Positions 1 to 10,727 are shown, counted from the stretch's first letter. The stretch is DNA of 51,069 bases from an uncultured Rhodospirillaceae bacterium (GCA_964639965.1 CAZXGI010000011.1:1-51069), one strand, 5' to 3'. Numbers and translations: made by a program. The notes: a model not told the origin generated them from the letters alone.

Positions 1-1
1 T

Positions 2-691
2 GCCCTTTCATCAAAATCTGGAGCTGCTGATACCCTTTCCTGCTTAGGAGTTAACAATGACGCTGATTTTGAACTAATAAAAAAGTCTATGGAAGAGATA
101 AATATTGGTTTTTTAATGGCTCCTCGCCATCATAGTGCTATGCGACACGTCGCCGGTGCTCGCGTTGAATTAGCTACTCGAACAATCTTCAACTTACTCG
201 GCCCAATATGTAATCCATCAAAAGTAAAACGTCAACTTACGGGCGTTTTTTCAAAAAAATGGATCAAACCGATTGCGGAAACACTAAGAAATCTTGGTAG
301 CGACAGGGTTTGGGTAATGCACGGTTCTGATGGTTCTGATGAGCTTACCACAACAGGACCTTCCTTCGTATCAGAACTAAAAAATGGGAAAATTTTTAAC
401 TTTGAAGTTAACCCCGAAGACGCCGGTTTACCAAGGGCAAAACTAAAAAATCTTAAAGGTGGCAAACCTTCAAAGAATGCGGCGGCTGTTAAATCAATGC
501 TAGACGGAGAACCTTCTGCCTATAGAGATATCGTTATCTTCAATGCAGCGGCGGCTCTCTTGATTGCTGATAAAGCGAAAAATTTGAAAGAAGGTGCTGA
601 AATTGCTGCCGATGCCATTGATAACGGATTGGCAAAAAATACGTTGGATAATTTGGTGAGAATTTCTAATCTTAGTGTGGATGGAGATTAA
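2..691 (+). CDS. trpD: anthranilate phosphoribosyltransferase, 5' end cut by the window edge
   Basis: The frame is open from nt 2 (ALSSKSGAADTLSCLGV...). HHSAMRHVAGARVELATRTIFNLLGPICNP is typical of TrpD. trpC follows directly. Confidence 0.93.
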   Translation, partial: ALSSKSGAADTLSCLGVNNDADFELIKKSMEEINIGFLMAPRHHSAMRHVAGARVELATRTIFNLLGPICNPSKVKRQLTGVFSKKWIKPIAETLRNLGSDRVWVMHGSDGSDELTTTGPSFVSELKNGKIFNFEVNPEDAGLPRAKLKNLKGGKPSKNAAAVKSMLDGEPSAYRDIVIFNAAAALLIADKAKNLKEGAEIAADAIDNGLAKNTLDNLVRISNLSVDGD

Positions 692-693
692 CC

Positions 694-1485
694 TTGGGCA
701 ACATCCTTAGGGAGATTTGCAATAGAAAACGGGATCACGTTGCAAAGCAGAAATTGCTCATTACCGAAGCATCTATGTTAAATGAAATAAATAAAATAAA
801 ACCCACAAGAGGTTTTTTAAAAGCTCTCAAGAAGGCAAGAAGCGAAAAAAAATTTGGCCTAATAGCTGAAATAAAAAAGGCATCCCCATCAAAAGGTCTT
901 ATACGGAAAAATTTTAACCCAGTGGCTTTGGCACGCTCTTATGAGCTTGGTGGCGCAACTTGTTTGTCCGTGCTAACTGACGAGCCTTATTTTCAAGGTG
1001 CAGATATCTTCTTAGCTCAAGCTCGAAATACAGTAAATCTGCCAACTATCAGGAAAGATTTTATTGTTGATCCATATCAAGTGGTAGAGTCCCGTCGCAT
1101 CGGTGCTGATTGTATCCTGATAATTATGGCATGTGTTGAAGATAGTGAAGCTGCCGATTTTATTAAAATAGCCCATGAACTTTCCATGGATGCGTTAATA
1201 GAAGTTCACTCCCTCGGAGAATTGAAACGTGCATTAAAACTTTCTCCTGAACTTATTGGCATTAATAATCGCAATCTTAAAACGTTAAAAGTTGACCTCG
1301 GTGTGACCGAAAGATTAGCTCCTTTAATAAATGAAAGTGCAACTGTCATAAGCGAGTCCGGATTATATACTCACGAGGATCTATTGCGTATGAAAGCCCT
1401 TGGTATAAGTTCTTTTCTCGTTGGAGAGTCTCTAATGAGAGAAAAAGACGTGGAATGTGCAACCAAACGGATACTTGGAATGTAG
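694..1485 (+). CDS. trpC: indole-3-glycerol phosphate synthase
   Basis: The N-terminus [14 protein letters not shown] and the motif [15 protein letters not shown] are TrpC hallmarks. A TTG start lies 2 nt after the trpD stop. Confidence 0.93.
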   Translation: MGNILREICNRKRDHVAKQKLLITEASMLNEINKIKPTRGFLKALKKARSEKKFGLIAEIKKASPSKGLIRKNFNPVALARSYELGGATCLSVLTDEPYFQGADIFLAQARNTVNLPTIRKDFIVDPYQVVESRRIGADCILIIMACVEDSEAADFIKIAHELSMDALIEVHSLGELKRALKLSPELIGINNRNLKTLKVDLGVTERLAPLINESATVISESGLYTHEDLLRMKALGISSFLVGESLMREKDVECATKRILGM

Positions 1486-1513
1486 GAACAACAACAAATT
1501 GAAAGTTAATAAC

Positions 1514-1990
1514 ATGAATAATCTAACCCATATTGATTCAGACGGTAACGCGACTATGGTTGATGTTTCCGAAAAAGATGCAACGGAACGAACGGCTTCA
1601 GCTAAGGCTTCAATATTCATGCAGCAAAAAACGTTAGCTCTAATTAATGACAAAGGAGTAAAAAAAGGTGACGTTTTCTCAGTAGCTCAACTTGCAGGTA
1701 TAATGGCTGCAAAACATACGTCCAATCTAATACCTTTATGTCATCCTCTAAACCTCACATCCGTCGAACTGAAATTAACAGCTGACATGGAAAGAAATAC
1801 GATTGACATAGCCGCAACTTGCAAGTTGTGCGGAAAAACAGGAGTTGAAATGGAAGCGTTAACCGCTGTAACTATAGCAGCACTTACAGTTTATGATATG
1901 TGTAAAGCCGTTGACCGAGGAATGCGTATTGGTGATATTCGTTTAACTCAGAAAACTGGTGGAAAATCGGGTGAATTTAAAAGTATATAA
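1514..1990 (+). CDS. moaC: cyclic pyranopterin monophosphate synthase MoaC
   Basis: [25 protein letters not shown] and LIPLCHPL are MoaC motifs. I moved the start to the ATG at 1514, because the ORF-track start at 1457 overlaps trpC and encodes a residue stretch unlike MoaC. Confidence 0.9.
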   Translation: MNNLTHIDSDGNATMVDVSEKDATERTASAKASIFMQQKTLALINDKGVKKGDVFSVAQLAGIMAAKHTSNLIPLCHPLNLTSVELKLTADMERNTIDIAATCKLCGKTGVEMEALTAVTIAALTVYDMCKAVDRGMRIGDIRLTQKTGGKSGEFKSI

Positions 1991-1999
1991 GAGAGAAAA

Positions 2000-3217
2000 A
2001 TGCCTGAATTAAATGATAGTATGATTAATGTTAATGACGCGTTGGCGAGAGTATTACAAAATATCAAACGATTAGATTTTGAAGAAGTTTCAATTGCAAA
2101 AGCTAGGGATCGTGTCTTAGCGGTCGATTTGATCTCAAGACTAACGCAACCAGCATCAGATGTGTCGGCAATGGACGGTTATGCTGTCAACGGCAATGAC
2201 TTAAATTCCGTACCTGTAACGTTAACTCAAATAGGGGAATCTGCTGCTGGAAAGAGATTTAATGGCAAAATCAATAGCGGTCAAACTGTTCGCATTTTTA
2301 CTGGTGCTTCTGTACCCGCTGGCGCTGATGCAATAGTTATTCAGGAACATACTGAAAAATTTGAAAAAGAAATAATTATCAAAGAAAAAGTGAACACTGG
2401 TAAATATATCAGAAAGGCCGGTCAGGACTTCAAAAAAGGACAGAAACTGCTCAAAGCTGGAATGCGTTTTAATTCAAGAAATATTGGGCTTGCAGCCGCG
2501 ATGAATATACCTTGGTTAAAGGTAACGCGGAAACCTCGCATCGCAATCATATCTACAGGTAATGAATTAGTTTTGCCAGGTGAAGAAATGAGTTCTGATC
2601 AAATTATCAGTTCTAACAGCCTTAGTTTAGCAGCATTTATATGCGAAAATGGAGGTGTTCCAGTGAATCTAGGCATCGTAAAAGATGACCCTCTTTTACT
2701 AAAAGAGATGGCATCCAGACTTTCGGGGGTCGATATGCTAATTACGATTGGCGGAGCTTCCGTCGGTGACTACGATCTGGTTAAATCAGTCCTAGTTAAT
2801 GAAGGTCTAAGTATTACATTTAGTCAGGTCGCAATGCGCCCAGGAAAACCACTTATATTTGGAAATATTTCGGGAGTACCTATGTTAGGATTACCCGGAA
2901 ATCCAGTTTCAGCTGGTATCACGGCACTGCTATTCCTCCGTCCGGCCATTAACAAAATGTTAGGTACAAGTAATATTTTTCATAAAGTTGAAATCGCTGT
3001 TTTGGGATCTAATTTGAATCAAAATGATAACCGTCAAGATTATTTGAGGGCAAAAACATCATTAAGCAAAGAAGGAAAAATAACTGCGACCCCGTTTGAT
3101 AAACAAGATAGTTCATTACTTGTAAAATATGCAGAAGCTCAATGCCTGGTAATCCGTCCTCCGTTTGCTAAAGCATTAACTGCGGGTGAGGCTGTCAAAA
3201 TTATACGCTTAGATTAA
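2000..3217 (+). CDS. moeA: molybdopterin molybdenumtransferase MoeA
   Basis: SDVSAMDGYAV and GGASVGDYDLVK are MoeA motifs. A GAGAG Shine-Dalgarno-like sequence lies upstream of the ATG. Confidence 0.92.
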   Translation: MPELNDSMINVNDALARVLQNIKRLDFEEVSIAKARDRVLAVDLISRLTQPASDVSAMDGYAVNGNDLNSVPVTLTQIGESAAGKRFNGKINSGQTVRIFTGASVPAGADAIVIQEHTEKFEKEIIIKEKVNTGKYIRKAGQDFKKGQKLLKAGMRFNSRNIGLAAAMNIPWLKVTRKPRIAIISTGNELVLPGEEMSSDQIISSNSLSLAAFICENGGVPVNLGIVKDDPLLLKEMASRLSGVDMLITIGGASVGDYDLVKSVLVNEGLSITFSQVAMRPGKPLIFGNISGVPMLGLPGNPVSAGITALLFLRPAINKMLGTSNIFHKVEIAVLGSNLNQNDNRQDYLRAKTSLSKEGKITATPFDKQDSSLLVKYAEAQCLVIRPPFAKALTAGEAVKIIRLD

Positions 3218-3258
3218 AATCGATAAGCTGTAATTTTTAAAATCATCATATTTTTTTG

Positions 3259-3287
3259 TTGACGTTGAATGAGAACTAAAATAGAAC
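3259..3287 (+). promoter_or_regulatory. putative lexA promoter with an overlapping alphaproteobacterial-type SOS box
   Basis: TTGACG (3259-3264), a 17-nt spacer and TAGAAC (3282-3287) form a promoter-like arrangement. The direct repeat GAAC-taaaata-GAAC (3273-3287) overlaps the spacer and the -10 hexamer. It lies 120 nt upstream of the lexA ATG. Confidence 0.6.
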
Positions 3288-3406
3288 ATTGGAGGTTAGT
3301 ATTTTGCCCTAAATGTAGTTATAAAATGAAAAATAATCATATTATGAATAAATGGTCAGAATCGAAATGAATACCCAAGCCTTAATTTTTATCAGCGGAG
3401 AATTTC

Positions 3407-4087
3407 ATGTTAACTAAAAAGCAATATGAATTAATCACGTTTATCAACCTGATGATAAAAAAATCCGGGGTTTCTCCGTCTTTTGAAGAGATGAAACAAG
3501 CTTTAGGTCTTAAATCAAAATCAGGTATTCATCGTTTGATTACAGGCCTCCAAGAACGTGGGTACATTCGTCGACTTCCACACCGAGCGCGAGCTTTAGA
3601 AATTATCAAACTACCAAAAAATCTATACGCAGAAAAAAAACAAAATTTCATAATTAAGAACGATTTTATTCCCGCTAATGGTAAAAAACTACCTGCAAAT
3701 GAAAATACAGAAATACCTTTTCTGGGAAAAATAGCAGCAGGAAAACCTATAGAAGCAATTAGCGATCTAACTAATCATATTTCAATTCCTGCAAACATGT
3801 TAGGATCGAATGAGTGTTATGGACTAGAGATTGAAGGAGATTCGATGATCGAAGCCGGAATATTTAACGGTGATGTTGTAGTAATAGAAAAATGTGATAC
3901 AGCGGAAAACGGTTCTATTGTAGTAGCTCTAATTGATAACGAAGAAGCAACTCTTAAACGAATCCGAACAAAAGGAAATAGAGTAGCCCTTGAACCAGCT
4001 AATATAAATTACGAAACCAAAATATTTGGACCTGATCGTGTCCAAGTTCAGGGTAAATTAGTAGGATTAATTAGAACTTACCATTAG
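3407..4087 (+). CDS. lexA: LexA repressor (SOS regulator, S24 autopeptidase)
   Basis: The protein has a winged-helix N-terminus ([18 protein letters not shown]), an Ala-Gly cleavage site (KIAAGKP), catalytic Ser in EGDSM and catalytic Lys in TLKRI. The long linker is typical of alphaproteobacterial LexA. Confidence 0.95.
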   Translation: MLTKKQYELITFINLMIKKSGVSPSFEEMKQALGLKSKSGIHRLITGLQERGYIRRLPHRARALEIIKLPKNLYAEKKQNFIIKNDFIPANGKKLPANENTEIPFLGKIAAGKPIEAISDLTNHISIPANMLGSNECYGLEIEGDSMIEAGIFNGDVVVIEKCDTAENGSIVVALIDNEEATLKRIRTKGNRVALEPANINYETKIFGPDRVQVQGKLVGLIRTYH

Positions 4088-4200
4088 TATATTTTATTTT
4101 GCGCGTAAGAATTATTGAGGCGCTTAGTTAATCAACTGATAAATCCAACTCTGTAACCCTCAAGAAAATTGACTAAATAAATTCAAATAGGTTTAAAAGC

Positions 4201-5601
4201 TTGTCTAAAATCATCACACGATTTGCGCCCTCTCCTACCGGTTTTTTGCATATTGGTGGAGCCCGTACAGCCCTCTTCAACTGGTTAACTGCCAAAAACC
4301 AAAATGGAAAGTTTTTATTGCGTATTGAAGACACTGACCGCAAACGTTCAACTGATGAAGCTTTAGAATCTATTTATTCTGGTTTAAGGTGGCTTGGAAT
4401 TAATTGGGATAATGAACCTTATTCTCAATTTGAACAACAAGAACGTCACATCACGATAGTGAAACAATTGTTAGCCCAAGGAAAGGCTTACTATTGTTAT
4501 TGCACTCCTGAAGAACTTGATGAAATGCGAAAAAAAGCTCGGGCAAAAGGTTTAACTCGGCTTTATAATGGATTATGGCGAGATAAGGATCCTGCAAGTG
4601 CCCCAAAAAATGTTGAACCGGTAATACGTTTAAAGATCCCTCTTGAAGGTAATACAAGTTTTACGGATTCCATTCAAGGTCCCGTAACTGTTGCAAACCA
4701 AGCGTTAGACGATATGATTTTACTGAGAGCAGATGGAACTCCAACCTACATGTTAGCAGTCGTGGTTGATGATTTTGACATGAACATTACTCACGTTATA
4801 AGGGGTGACGATCACCTTACAAATACATTTCGGCAAATTCAAATTTATAAAGCAATGGATTGGTGTATACCGATTTTTGCACATATGCCGCTCCTCCACG
4901 GCTCAGACGGCGCAAAATTATCTAAAAGACATGGGGCTCTTGGATTAAATGCATACCGTGAGATGGGAATTCTACCAGAATCACTTAATAATTACTTGCT
5001 CCGCCTAGGATGGTCACATGGTAACGATGAAATAATTTCAAGAGACGACGCAATCAAGTGGTTTGATATAAAAAACGTTGGTAAATCCGCCTCTCGCTTT
5101 GATATGGAAAAACTCATTAACTTGAATAGTCATTATATAAAGATTTGTGATAACGAACGGCTTCTTGAATTGGTTGTACCCAAAATTTCGGCATTATTGG
5201 AAACTGAATTATCAACGGAGAGTAGAGTCCGACTTATGGACGGTATAGATAATCTAAAGTATAAGGTTAATAATATTACAGAAATCGTTGATAATATGAT
5301 AGTTTATTGTATTCAAAGACCAATAAATATAGGTGATTTAGGGAACAAAACCTTGAATGAAAATGATCTCGAGAATTTAAAAAAAGTGCGCGACAAACTC
5401 TTTGATTTAGAACAATGGGATACTGAAAACCTGACTAAAACAATCCAGGGCATTGCTAATAACAACGGAACTAACCTGGCTAAAATTGCACCGCCCATTC
5501 GCATATCTCTTTGCGGAACAATGAAAGCTGCAGGAATTTTTGAAGTTATGAGAGTATTAGGTAAAGAAGAGACTTTAGGACGCTTCGATGATGCCCTCTG
5601 A
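4201..5601 (+). CDS. gltX: glutamate--tRNA ligase
   Basis: RFAPSPTGFLHIGGARTA is the HIGH motif and KLSKRHG is the KMSKS-type motif. The start codon is TTG and the stop is TGA at 5599-5601. Confidence 0.94.
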   Translation: MSKIITRFAPSPTGFLHIGGARTALFNWLTAKNQNGKFLLRIEDTDRKRSTDEALESIYSGLRWLGINWDNEPYSQFEQQERHITIVKQLLAQGKAYYCYCTPEELDEMRKKARAKGLTRLYNGLWRDKDPASAPKNVEPVIRLKIPLEGNTSFTDSIQGPVTVANQALDDMILLRADGTPTYMLAVVVDDFDMNITHVIRGDDHLTNTFRQIQIYKAMDWCIPIFAHMPLLHGSDGAKLSKRHGALGLNAYREMGILPESLNNYLLRLGWSHGNDEIISRDDAIKWFDIKNVGKSASRFDMEKLINLNSHYIKICDNERLLELVVPKISALLETELSTESRVRLMDGIDNLKYKVNNITEIVDNMIVYCIQRPINIGDLGNKTLNENDLENLKKVRDKLFDLEQWDTENLTKTIQGIANNNGTNLAKIAPPIRISLCGTMKAAGIFEVMRVLGKEETLGRFDDAL

Positions 5602-5644
5602 AATCAGTAAAATCTCAAAAAATTACTAAAATTCAGTACTTTGC

Positions 5645-5675
5645 TTGACATCCTAGCGTTAAAAATTCATATAAC
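5645..5675 (+). promoter_or_regulatory. candidate sigma70-type promoter for gltA
   Basis: A consensus -35 TTGACA (5645-5650) is followed by a 19-nt spacer and TATAAC (5670-5675). If used, it implies a very short leader and an ATG start at 5688. Confidence 0.3.
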
Positions 5676-5678
5676 CAC

Positions 5679-7025
5679 TTGGCAATAATGCACGATTTGC
5701 ATCGACAAAGGGATATCGCCTTGGCTGATAAAAAATTAGAAAACTTTACACTAAAAAATAACGCTAATGGAGACTTCTGGGAATTGCCAGTAATCGAAGG
5801 TTCAGTTGGCCCTAAGGTCATAGATGTACGCCGCCTTTACGCAGATACGAATTACTTTACGTACGATCCTGGATTCACATCAACCGGAAGTTGTGAATCT
5901 AAAATTACATATATTGACGGAGATAAAGGGGTCTTATTATATCGAGGTTACCCAATAGACCAACTTGCGGAACATTCAAATTACTTAGAAACCTGTTACT
6001 TACTACTTTATGGAGAATTGCCTAATAACCAGGAAAAAACAAAATTTGTTTCAGATATAACCAATCACACTATGCTTCATGAACAATTTAATACGTTTTT
6101 TCATGGATTCAGGCGAGATGCACATCCGATGGCCGTAATGTGTGGCGTTGTTGGTGCCCTAGCAGCATTTTATCACGATAGTTTAGATATAAATGATCCA
6201 CATCATCGAATGGTTTCGTCATACCGTCTTATAGCCAAAGTTCCAACCATCGCTGCACAAGCTTTTAAATACTCAATTGGACAACCATTTATTTCACCAA
6301 GAAACGATCTTAGTTTTGCTGAAAACTTTTTGCATATGATGTTCGCTACTCCAGCAGAAGACTTAAATGTGAACCCAATATTAAGTAAAGCTATGGATCG
6401 TATTCTTATACTACATGCCGATCACGAACAAAATGCATCTACGTCTACTGTTCGTCTAGCCGGATCAAGTGGTGCAAACCCTTTCGCATGTATAGCTGCA
6501 GGAATAGCTTCGTTATGGGGCCCTGCTCATGGTGGCGCTAATGAAGCAGTTCTGAGCATGCTAAACCAAATTGGTAGCGTCGATAATATTCCAAATTATG
6601 TAAAAAAAGCAAAAGACAAGGATGATCCGTTTCGCCTTATGGGCTTTGGTCATAGAGTCTATAAGAATTTTGACCCACGTGCAAAAGTAATTCAAAAATC
6701 GTGTCATGAGGTTTTAAATGAATTAGGGATCAAAGATGAGCCACTTTTAGACCTTGCCATGGAATTAGAGCGTATCGCGCTTGAAGATGAATACTTTATT
6801 GAACGCAAACTATACCCAAATGTAGATTTCTATTCAGGAATAATATTTAAAGCCATTGGGATACCCGAGTCCATGTTTACGGTGCTATTTGCCGTTGCTC
6901 GAACCGTTGGCTGGATCTCTCAATGGAACGAAATGATTGAAGATCCGACCCAGAAAATTGGCCGCCCACGCCAGTTATATCTAGGTGAGAATTATAGAGA
7001 TTATATTCCCGTAGATGAACGCTAG
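5679..7025 (+). CDS. gltA: citrate synthase
   Basis: [24 protein letters not shown] and the overall length match type II citrate synthase. The ORF track starts at TTG 5679, but the ATG at 5688 is an equally plausible start. Confidence 0.95.
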   Translation: MAIMHDLHRQRDIALADKKLENFTLKNNANGDFWELPVIEGSVGPKVIDVRRLYADTNYFTYDPGFTSTGSCESKITYIDGDKGVLLYRGYPIDQLAEHSNYLETCYLLLYGELPNNQEKTKFVSDITNHTMLHEQFNTFFHGFRRDAHPMAVMCGVVGALAAFYHDSLDINDPHHRMVSSYRLIAKVPTIAAQAFKYSIGQPFISPRNDLSFAENFLHMMFATPAEDLNVNPILSKAMDRILILHADHEQNASTSTVRLAGSSGANPFACIAAGIASLWGPAHGGANEAVLSMLNQIGSVDNIPNYVKKAKDKDDPFRLMGFGHRVYKNFDPRAKVIQKSCHEVLNELGIKDEPLLDLAMELERIALEDEYFIERKLYPNVDFYSGIIFKAIGIPESMFTVLFAVARTVGWISQWNEMIEDPTQKIGRPRQLYLGENYRDYIPVDER

Positions 7026-7062
7026 CCGAAACCATCAAAATTACTGAAATTTTCTAAAATTT

Positions 7063-7470
7063 TTATTTCCGTTGAACTAATTCAATTTTATACCCATCTG
7101 GATCCTCTACAAAAGCTATTACCCGTGACCCTCCCTTCATAGGTCCGGCCGGTCTCGGGACTTTGACCCCCGCCTTTTCCATGGCTTTGCAAACAGTATC
7201 AGCATCAGAAACGGCAATTGCAATGTGCCCAAATCCATCACCTTTATCATACTGCTCAACCTGATCCCAATTGTGTGTCAATTCAATAACTGCCGTATCT
7301 TCCTCATCTCCATAGCCTACAAAAGCTAGTGTGAACCTACCACTCTCAAAATCAGTTCGCCTTAACAGTTTCATTCCTAGGTGACGTGTATAAAAATCGA
7401 TGGATTTATCCAAGTCGACAACTCGTAACATTGTGTGCAATAGTCTAAATTCACTCTTTACATTGGCCAT
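7063..7470 (-). CDS. gloA: lactoylglutathione lyase (glyoxalase I)
   Basis: LLHTMLRVVDLDKSIDFYTRHLGMKLL, GFGHIAI and GYKIELV are VOC-family GloA motifs. The protein is 135 aa. Confidence 0.88.
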   Translation of the reverse strand: MANVKSEFRLLHTMLRVVDLDKSIDFYTRHLGMKLLRRTDFESGRFTLAFVGYGDEEDTAVIELTHNWDQVEQYDKGDGFGHIAIAVSDADTVCKAMEKAGVKVPRPAGPMKGGSRVIAFVEDPDGYKIELVQRK

Positions 7471-7490
7471 TTTTCCTCACTACTCCATTA

Positions 7491-8633
7491 TCACTGAATT
7501 GAATCAAGGACCACTTTAGCCGCTCTATCACTTGGGTTTTGATTGCCAGTTCTCAATTGATTGATTGCTTCGTTAAACCTGACAACTTGCGCATTTGCTG
7601 AATTAGGGTTATCGAAAAAATCCAGTAAATAAGGAATAATTATATCACTTTTGCAATTTTTCTGAATCAATTCGGGAACTACCTCACAACCCAATAAAAT
7701 ATTAACAATGTTCACAAATGGTGTTTTTATCATAGCTCTGCCAATCAAAGCAGTTATAGGATTGAATTTATAAATGGTTAAGTATGGTACTTTTGCTATT
7801 GCTAATTCTAGAGCAACTGTACCCGACACTGCAATAGCAGCATCAGAAGCCGCAAAAGCGGAATACTTTTCCTCATCGTTGTTAATAATTCTAGGTATAT
7901 TTTCCCACGACTTTATTTCTTTGCCTATTAGAACTCCAACAGTATCTACAGTGGGTATAAAAAGATTTAAATTCAAATTATCCAGACGCGATACAATCTC
8001 TTTTAAGATCGGCATGATTCTGCTAACTTCACTTGGTCGACTTCCTGGCAATAAGCACAGAATCTTTTCTTCTGAAGAAATTCCATGGTGTTGCCGGAAT
8101 TCGTTTCCTTTTCCTCTATCTGCTCTACTTTCGATTACCGGATGGCCCACAAAAGTGGTTTTTAAACCCTCACGCTCAAAATAAGGTGGCTCAAAAGGTA
8201 GTATTGTTAACAAATGATCTACAAGACCTGCTAGTTTCTTTGCTCGCCACGGCTTCCATGCCCAAACTGATGGCGCCACATAATGAACAATGGGAATATT
8301 TTTTCCACGGATTTGCTGTATAACGCGAAACGTAAAATCTGGAGCATCAATGGTTACAACTACATCAGGTTTACTATCCAAAATGTGTGTGACAGTTTCT
8401 CTAATCCTTTTATACAAGTTGGGCAACCTTGGTAGAATTTCAGCAAGACCCATAACAGTTAATTCCGACATGGGAAATTGACTATGCAGACCCATTTTCT
8501 GCATTTCCATTCCACCTATACCACTAATTTGACATTCCGCTCTAGTTTTTCGTCTTAAAGCTTGAATTAGGAGCGCTCCTAACCTATCGCCAGAGGGCTC
8601 ACCTGCGATCAAATAGATATGTGGAAACGTCAT
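7491..8633 (-). CDS. lpxB: lipid-A-disaccharide synthase
   Basis: The N-terminus IYLIAGEPSGDRLGA matches LpxB. The gene sits at the end of the lpx cluster. Confidence 0.92.
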   Translation of the reverse strand: MTFPHIYLIAGEPSGDRLGALLIQALRRKTRAECQISGIGGMEMQKMGLHSQFPMSELTVMGLAEILPRLPNLYKRIRETVTHILDSKPDVVVTIDAPDFTFRVIQQIRGKNIPIVHYVAPSVWAWKPWRAKKLAGLVDHLLTILPFEPPYFEREGLKTTFVGHPVIESRADRGKGNEFRQHHGISSEEKILCLLPGSRPSEVSRIMPILKEIVSRLDNLNLNLFIPTVDTVGVLIGKEIKSWENIPRIINNDEEKYSAFAASDAAIAVSGTVALELAIAKVPYLTIYKFNPITALIGRAMIKTPFVNIVNILLGCEVVPELIQKNCKSDIIIPYLLDFFDNPNSANAQVVRFNEAINQLRTGNQNPSDRAAKVVLDSIQ

Positions 8634-8642
8634 CCAATGTCC

Positions 8643-9473
8643 TTAATTTAAATTAATAGATTTAATGAAAATGCCTTTTTTATTAGCAACTGAAATAACA
8701 GATTCTATATCAATGATTAGCGTTTCTCCTGCTTGTATAATAATTCCAGATAATCCTGCTTTACTGGCCTCAACAACTGTATTTACTCCGATTGTAGGCA
8801 TGTCCAATCGCCGGTCTTGGCCAGACTTTTTCAGTTTAATCAGCAATCCTCCGTGCCCATTGGGAGTTTTTTTTCGGCTTTCTTTGATCATTTGCGCTGT
8901 TCCATCTTTTCCTTCTTCGATTACCACTGCTCCAGACTTAACAATTACGGCTTGGCCTAAATCACGGTCACCTAATTTAATTGCGGATGAAATACCAAAT
9001 TTGATGTCTGATAGAGATTCCTCTGAAATATGAACGTTTCCTAGCAATCCTTCAGGGGCGAGTAGATTTTCAAGTATATCTTGAACACCTATTATATTAA
9101 TACCCTCTTTTTCTAATTCTCTCGCAAGCGCAACTAAAATAGAGTTATCTCCAACAAAATTGAAAAATGATTTTATAAAAATTATTAGAAAAAATTTAAA
9201 AGTTCGAAAATCAGGCCAATTTTTTATCAATGAGGGAACTTTGACATCACCAATCATGACCACCTCATTAATCTTCTCATTTTTTAAGATTCTAAATCCT
9301 GATTCGGCTCTAGCAATTGATATCCAACTATGAGGAGAGCCTTTTAAATCATCAGGAGAAGCATGCCCTTTTATACCAATGACATAATAGGCTCGTCCAG
9401 AGGCCCGACAAACCTCTATTATCCTCTGTGGCAGGTTTCCTCCTCCTGCGATGATCCCGAGCTTAGGCTGCAT
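8643..9473 (-). CDS. lpxI: UDP-2,3-diacylglucosamine pyrophosphatase LpxI (DUF1009)
   Basis: LGIIAGGGNLP is at the N-terminus, and the gene lies between lpxA and lpxB as in Caulobacter-type lipid A clusters. I chose the ATG at 9473 over the TTG at 9512 given in the ORF track. Confidence 0.82.
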   Translation of the reverse strand: MQPKLGIIAGGGNLPQRIIEVCRASGRAYYVIGIKGHASPDDLKGSPHSWISIARAESGFRILKNEKINEVVMIGDVKVPSLIKNWPDFRTFKFFLIIFIKSFFNFVGDNSILVALARELEKEGINIIGVQDILENLLAPEGLLGNVHISEESLSDIKFGISSAIKLGDRDLGQAVIVKSGAVVIEEGKDGTAQMIKESRKKTPNGHGGLLIKLKKSGQDRRLDMPTIGVNTVVEASKAGLSGIIIQAGETLIIDIESVISVANKKGIFIKSINLN

Positions 9474-10269
9474 CCTCAAGCAACGGCTGGCAAATTGCTC
9501 TAGAAGATTCAACTCGCATAAACTCTAGAATTTCCATTACAGGTTCTATTTCAGGAAAAAGTTCAGAAACATCCTCCATTCTTTCCGCTTGAGTACCTTC
9601 TTGAGAGAATAACAAACGATAAGCGCGTCGCAGATCGTGAATTATTTCACGGGAAAACCCACGCCGTTTTAATCCAACTAAATTTAATCCTGATAAATGG
9701 GCCCTATTCCCCATAACTGAGCCATAAGGAATTACATCATTTTCCACTCCGGAACATCCACCAATCATAGAATGACGTCCAACTCTAACAAACTGATGAA
9801 CAGCTGAAAGACCTCCAATAATTGCAAAATCGCCAATATTAACATGCCCACCAAGAGTTGCATTATTAACCAAAATAACATTGTCACCAACCGTACAATC
9901 GTGTGCCACATGGGCTCCAACCATAAAAAGGCAGCTATCTCCAACTTTTGTCAACAAGCCTCCACCTTCAGTGCCTGGGTTCATCGTAACATGTTCCCGA
10001 ATTATATTATTATTACCAATTTTGAGCCGAGAGATTTCTCCTTTATATTTGAGGTCTTGGGGATTATACCCTATTGACGCAAATGGAAAAATATGACTAG
10101 CCTCTCCGATCTCTGTAAACCCAGAAATTACGACGTGAGATTCTAGTTTTATTCTGTCGCCCAAGACCACATCGCTCCCAATAAAACAATATGGACCAAT
10201 TTCAACGTCAACCCCAATTGAAGCTCCATCTTCAATTATAGCTGTTGGATGTATTTTACTCATTGTCAA
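9463..10269 (-). CDS. lpxA: acyl-ACP--UDP-N-acetylglucosamine O-acyltransferase
   Basis: The N-terminus is IHPTAIIEDGASIG, followed by hexapeptide repeats. The protein is 268 aa. Confidence 0.93.
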   Translation of the reverse strand: MTMSKIHPTAIIEDGASIGVDVEIGPYCFIGSDVVLGDRIKLESHVVISGFTEIGEASHIFPFASIGYNPQDLKYKGEISRLKIGNNNIIREHVTMNPGTEGGGLLTKVGDSCLFMVGAHVAHDCTVGDNVILVNNATLGGHVNIGDFAIIGGLSAVHQFVRVGRHSMIGGCSGVENDVIPYGSVMGNRAHLSGLNLVGLKRRGFSREIIHDLRRAYRLLFSQEGTQAERMEDVSELFPEIEPVMEILEFMRVESSRAICQPLLEDAA

Positions 10270-10726
10270 CTATCATCGCAGAAAAGGAAGCTTCGGCAAC
10301 CACTTTAGCGCCTACTTTTGCTATTCCATCAAATTTCCAAACGGCCTTTCTATTTTGTTTTGTATTAACATTAATTTCCAATGCATCACCAGGTACAACT
10401 GGATAACGGAATTTAGCATTTTCTACAGACATGAAATAAACAAGTGTACCCTCACTTACACCCCCTAAGGAATGAACCACCAAAATTGCAGCTGTCTGTG
10501 CCATGGCTTCAACAATAAGAACTCCAGGCATAATCGGCTTATCTGGAAAATGCCCCTGAAAATGAGGTTCGTTAAACGTCACATTTTTATGCCCAATCGC
10601 ACTTTCATTGGAAACAAGATTGGTTACCCTATCAACCATCAAAAAAGGATAGCGATGGGGAATCATCTTTACGATTTTTTCAATATCAATGATCGTATTA
10701 TCTAATTCTGCTACATGAGTTCCCAT
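10256..10726 (-). CDS. fabZ: 3-hydroxyacyl-ACP dehydratase FabZ
   Basis: LPHRYPFLMVDRV and HFPDKPIMPGVLIVEAMAQ are FabZ motifs. Confidence 0.94.
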   Translation of the reverse strand: MGTHVAELDNTIIDIEKIVKMIPHRYPFLMVDRVTNLVSNESAIGHKNVTFNEPHFQGHFPDKPIMPGVLIVEAMAQTAAILVVHSLGGVSEGTLVYFMSVENAKFRYPVVPGDALEINVNTKQNRKAVWKFDGIAKVGAKVVAEASFSAMIVDNE

Positions 10727-10727
10727 T

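Noticed and set aside
3269-3370. A 33-codon ORF (MRTKIEHWRLVFCPKCSYKMKNNHIMNKWSESK) lies in the lexA upstream region and overlaps the SOS box. I considered it as an SOS-induced small peptide or toxin.
   Set aside because: It has no Shine-Dalgarno sequence. Its ATG lies upstream of the transcription start predicted for the promoter I propose, and it is not hydrophobic like TisB-type toxins. ORFs of this length arise easily by chance in AT-rich DNA.
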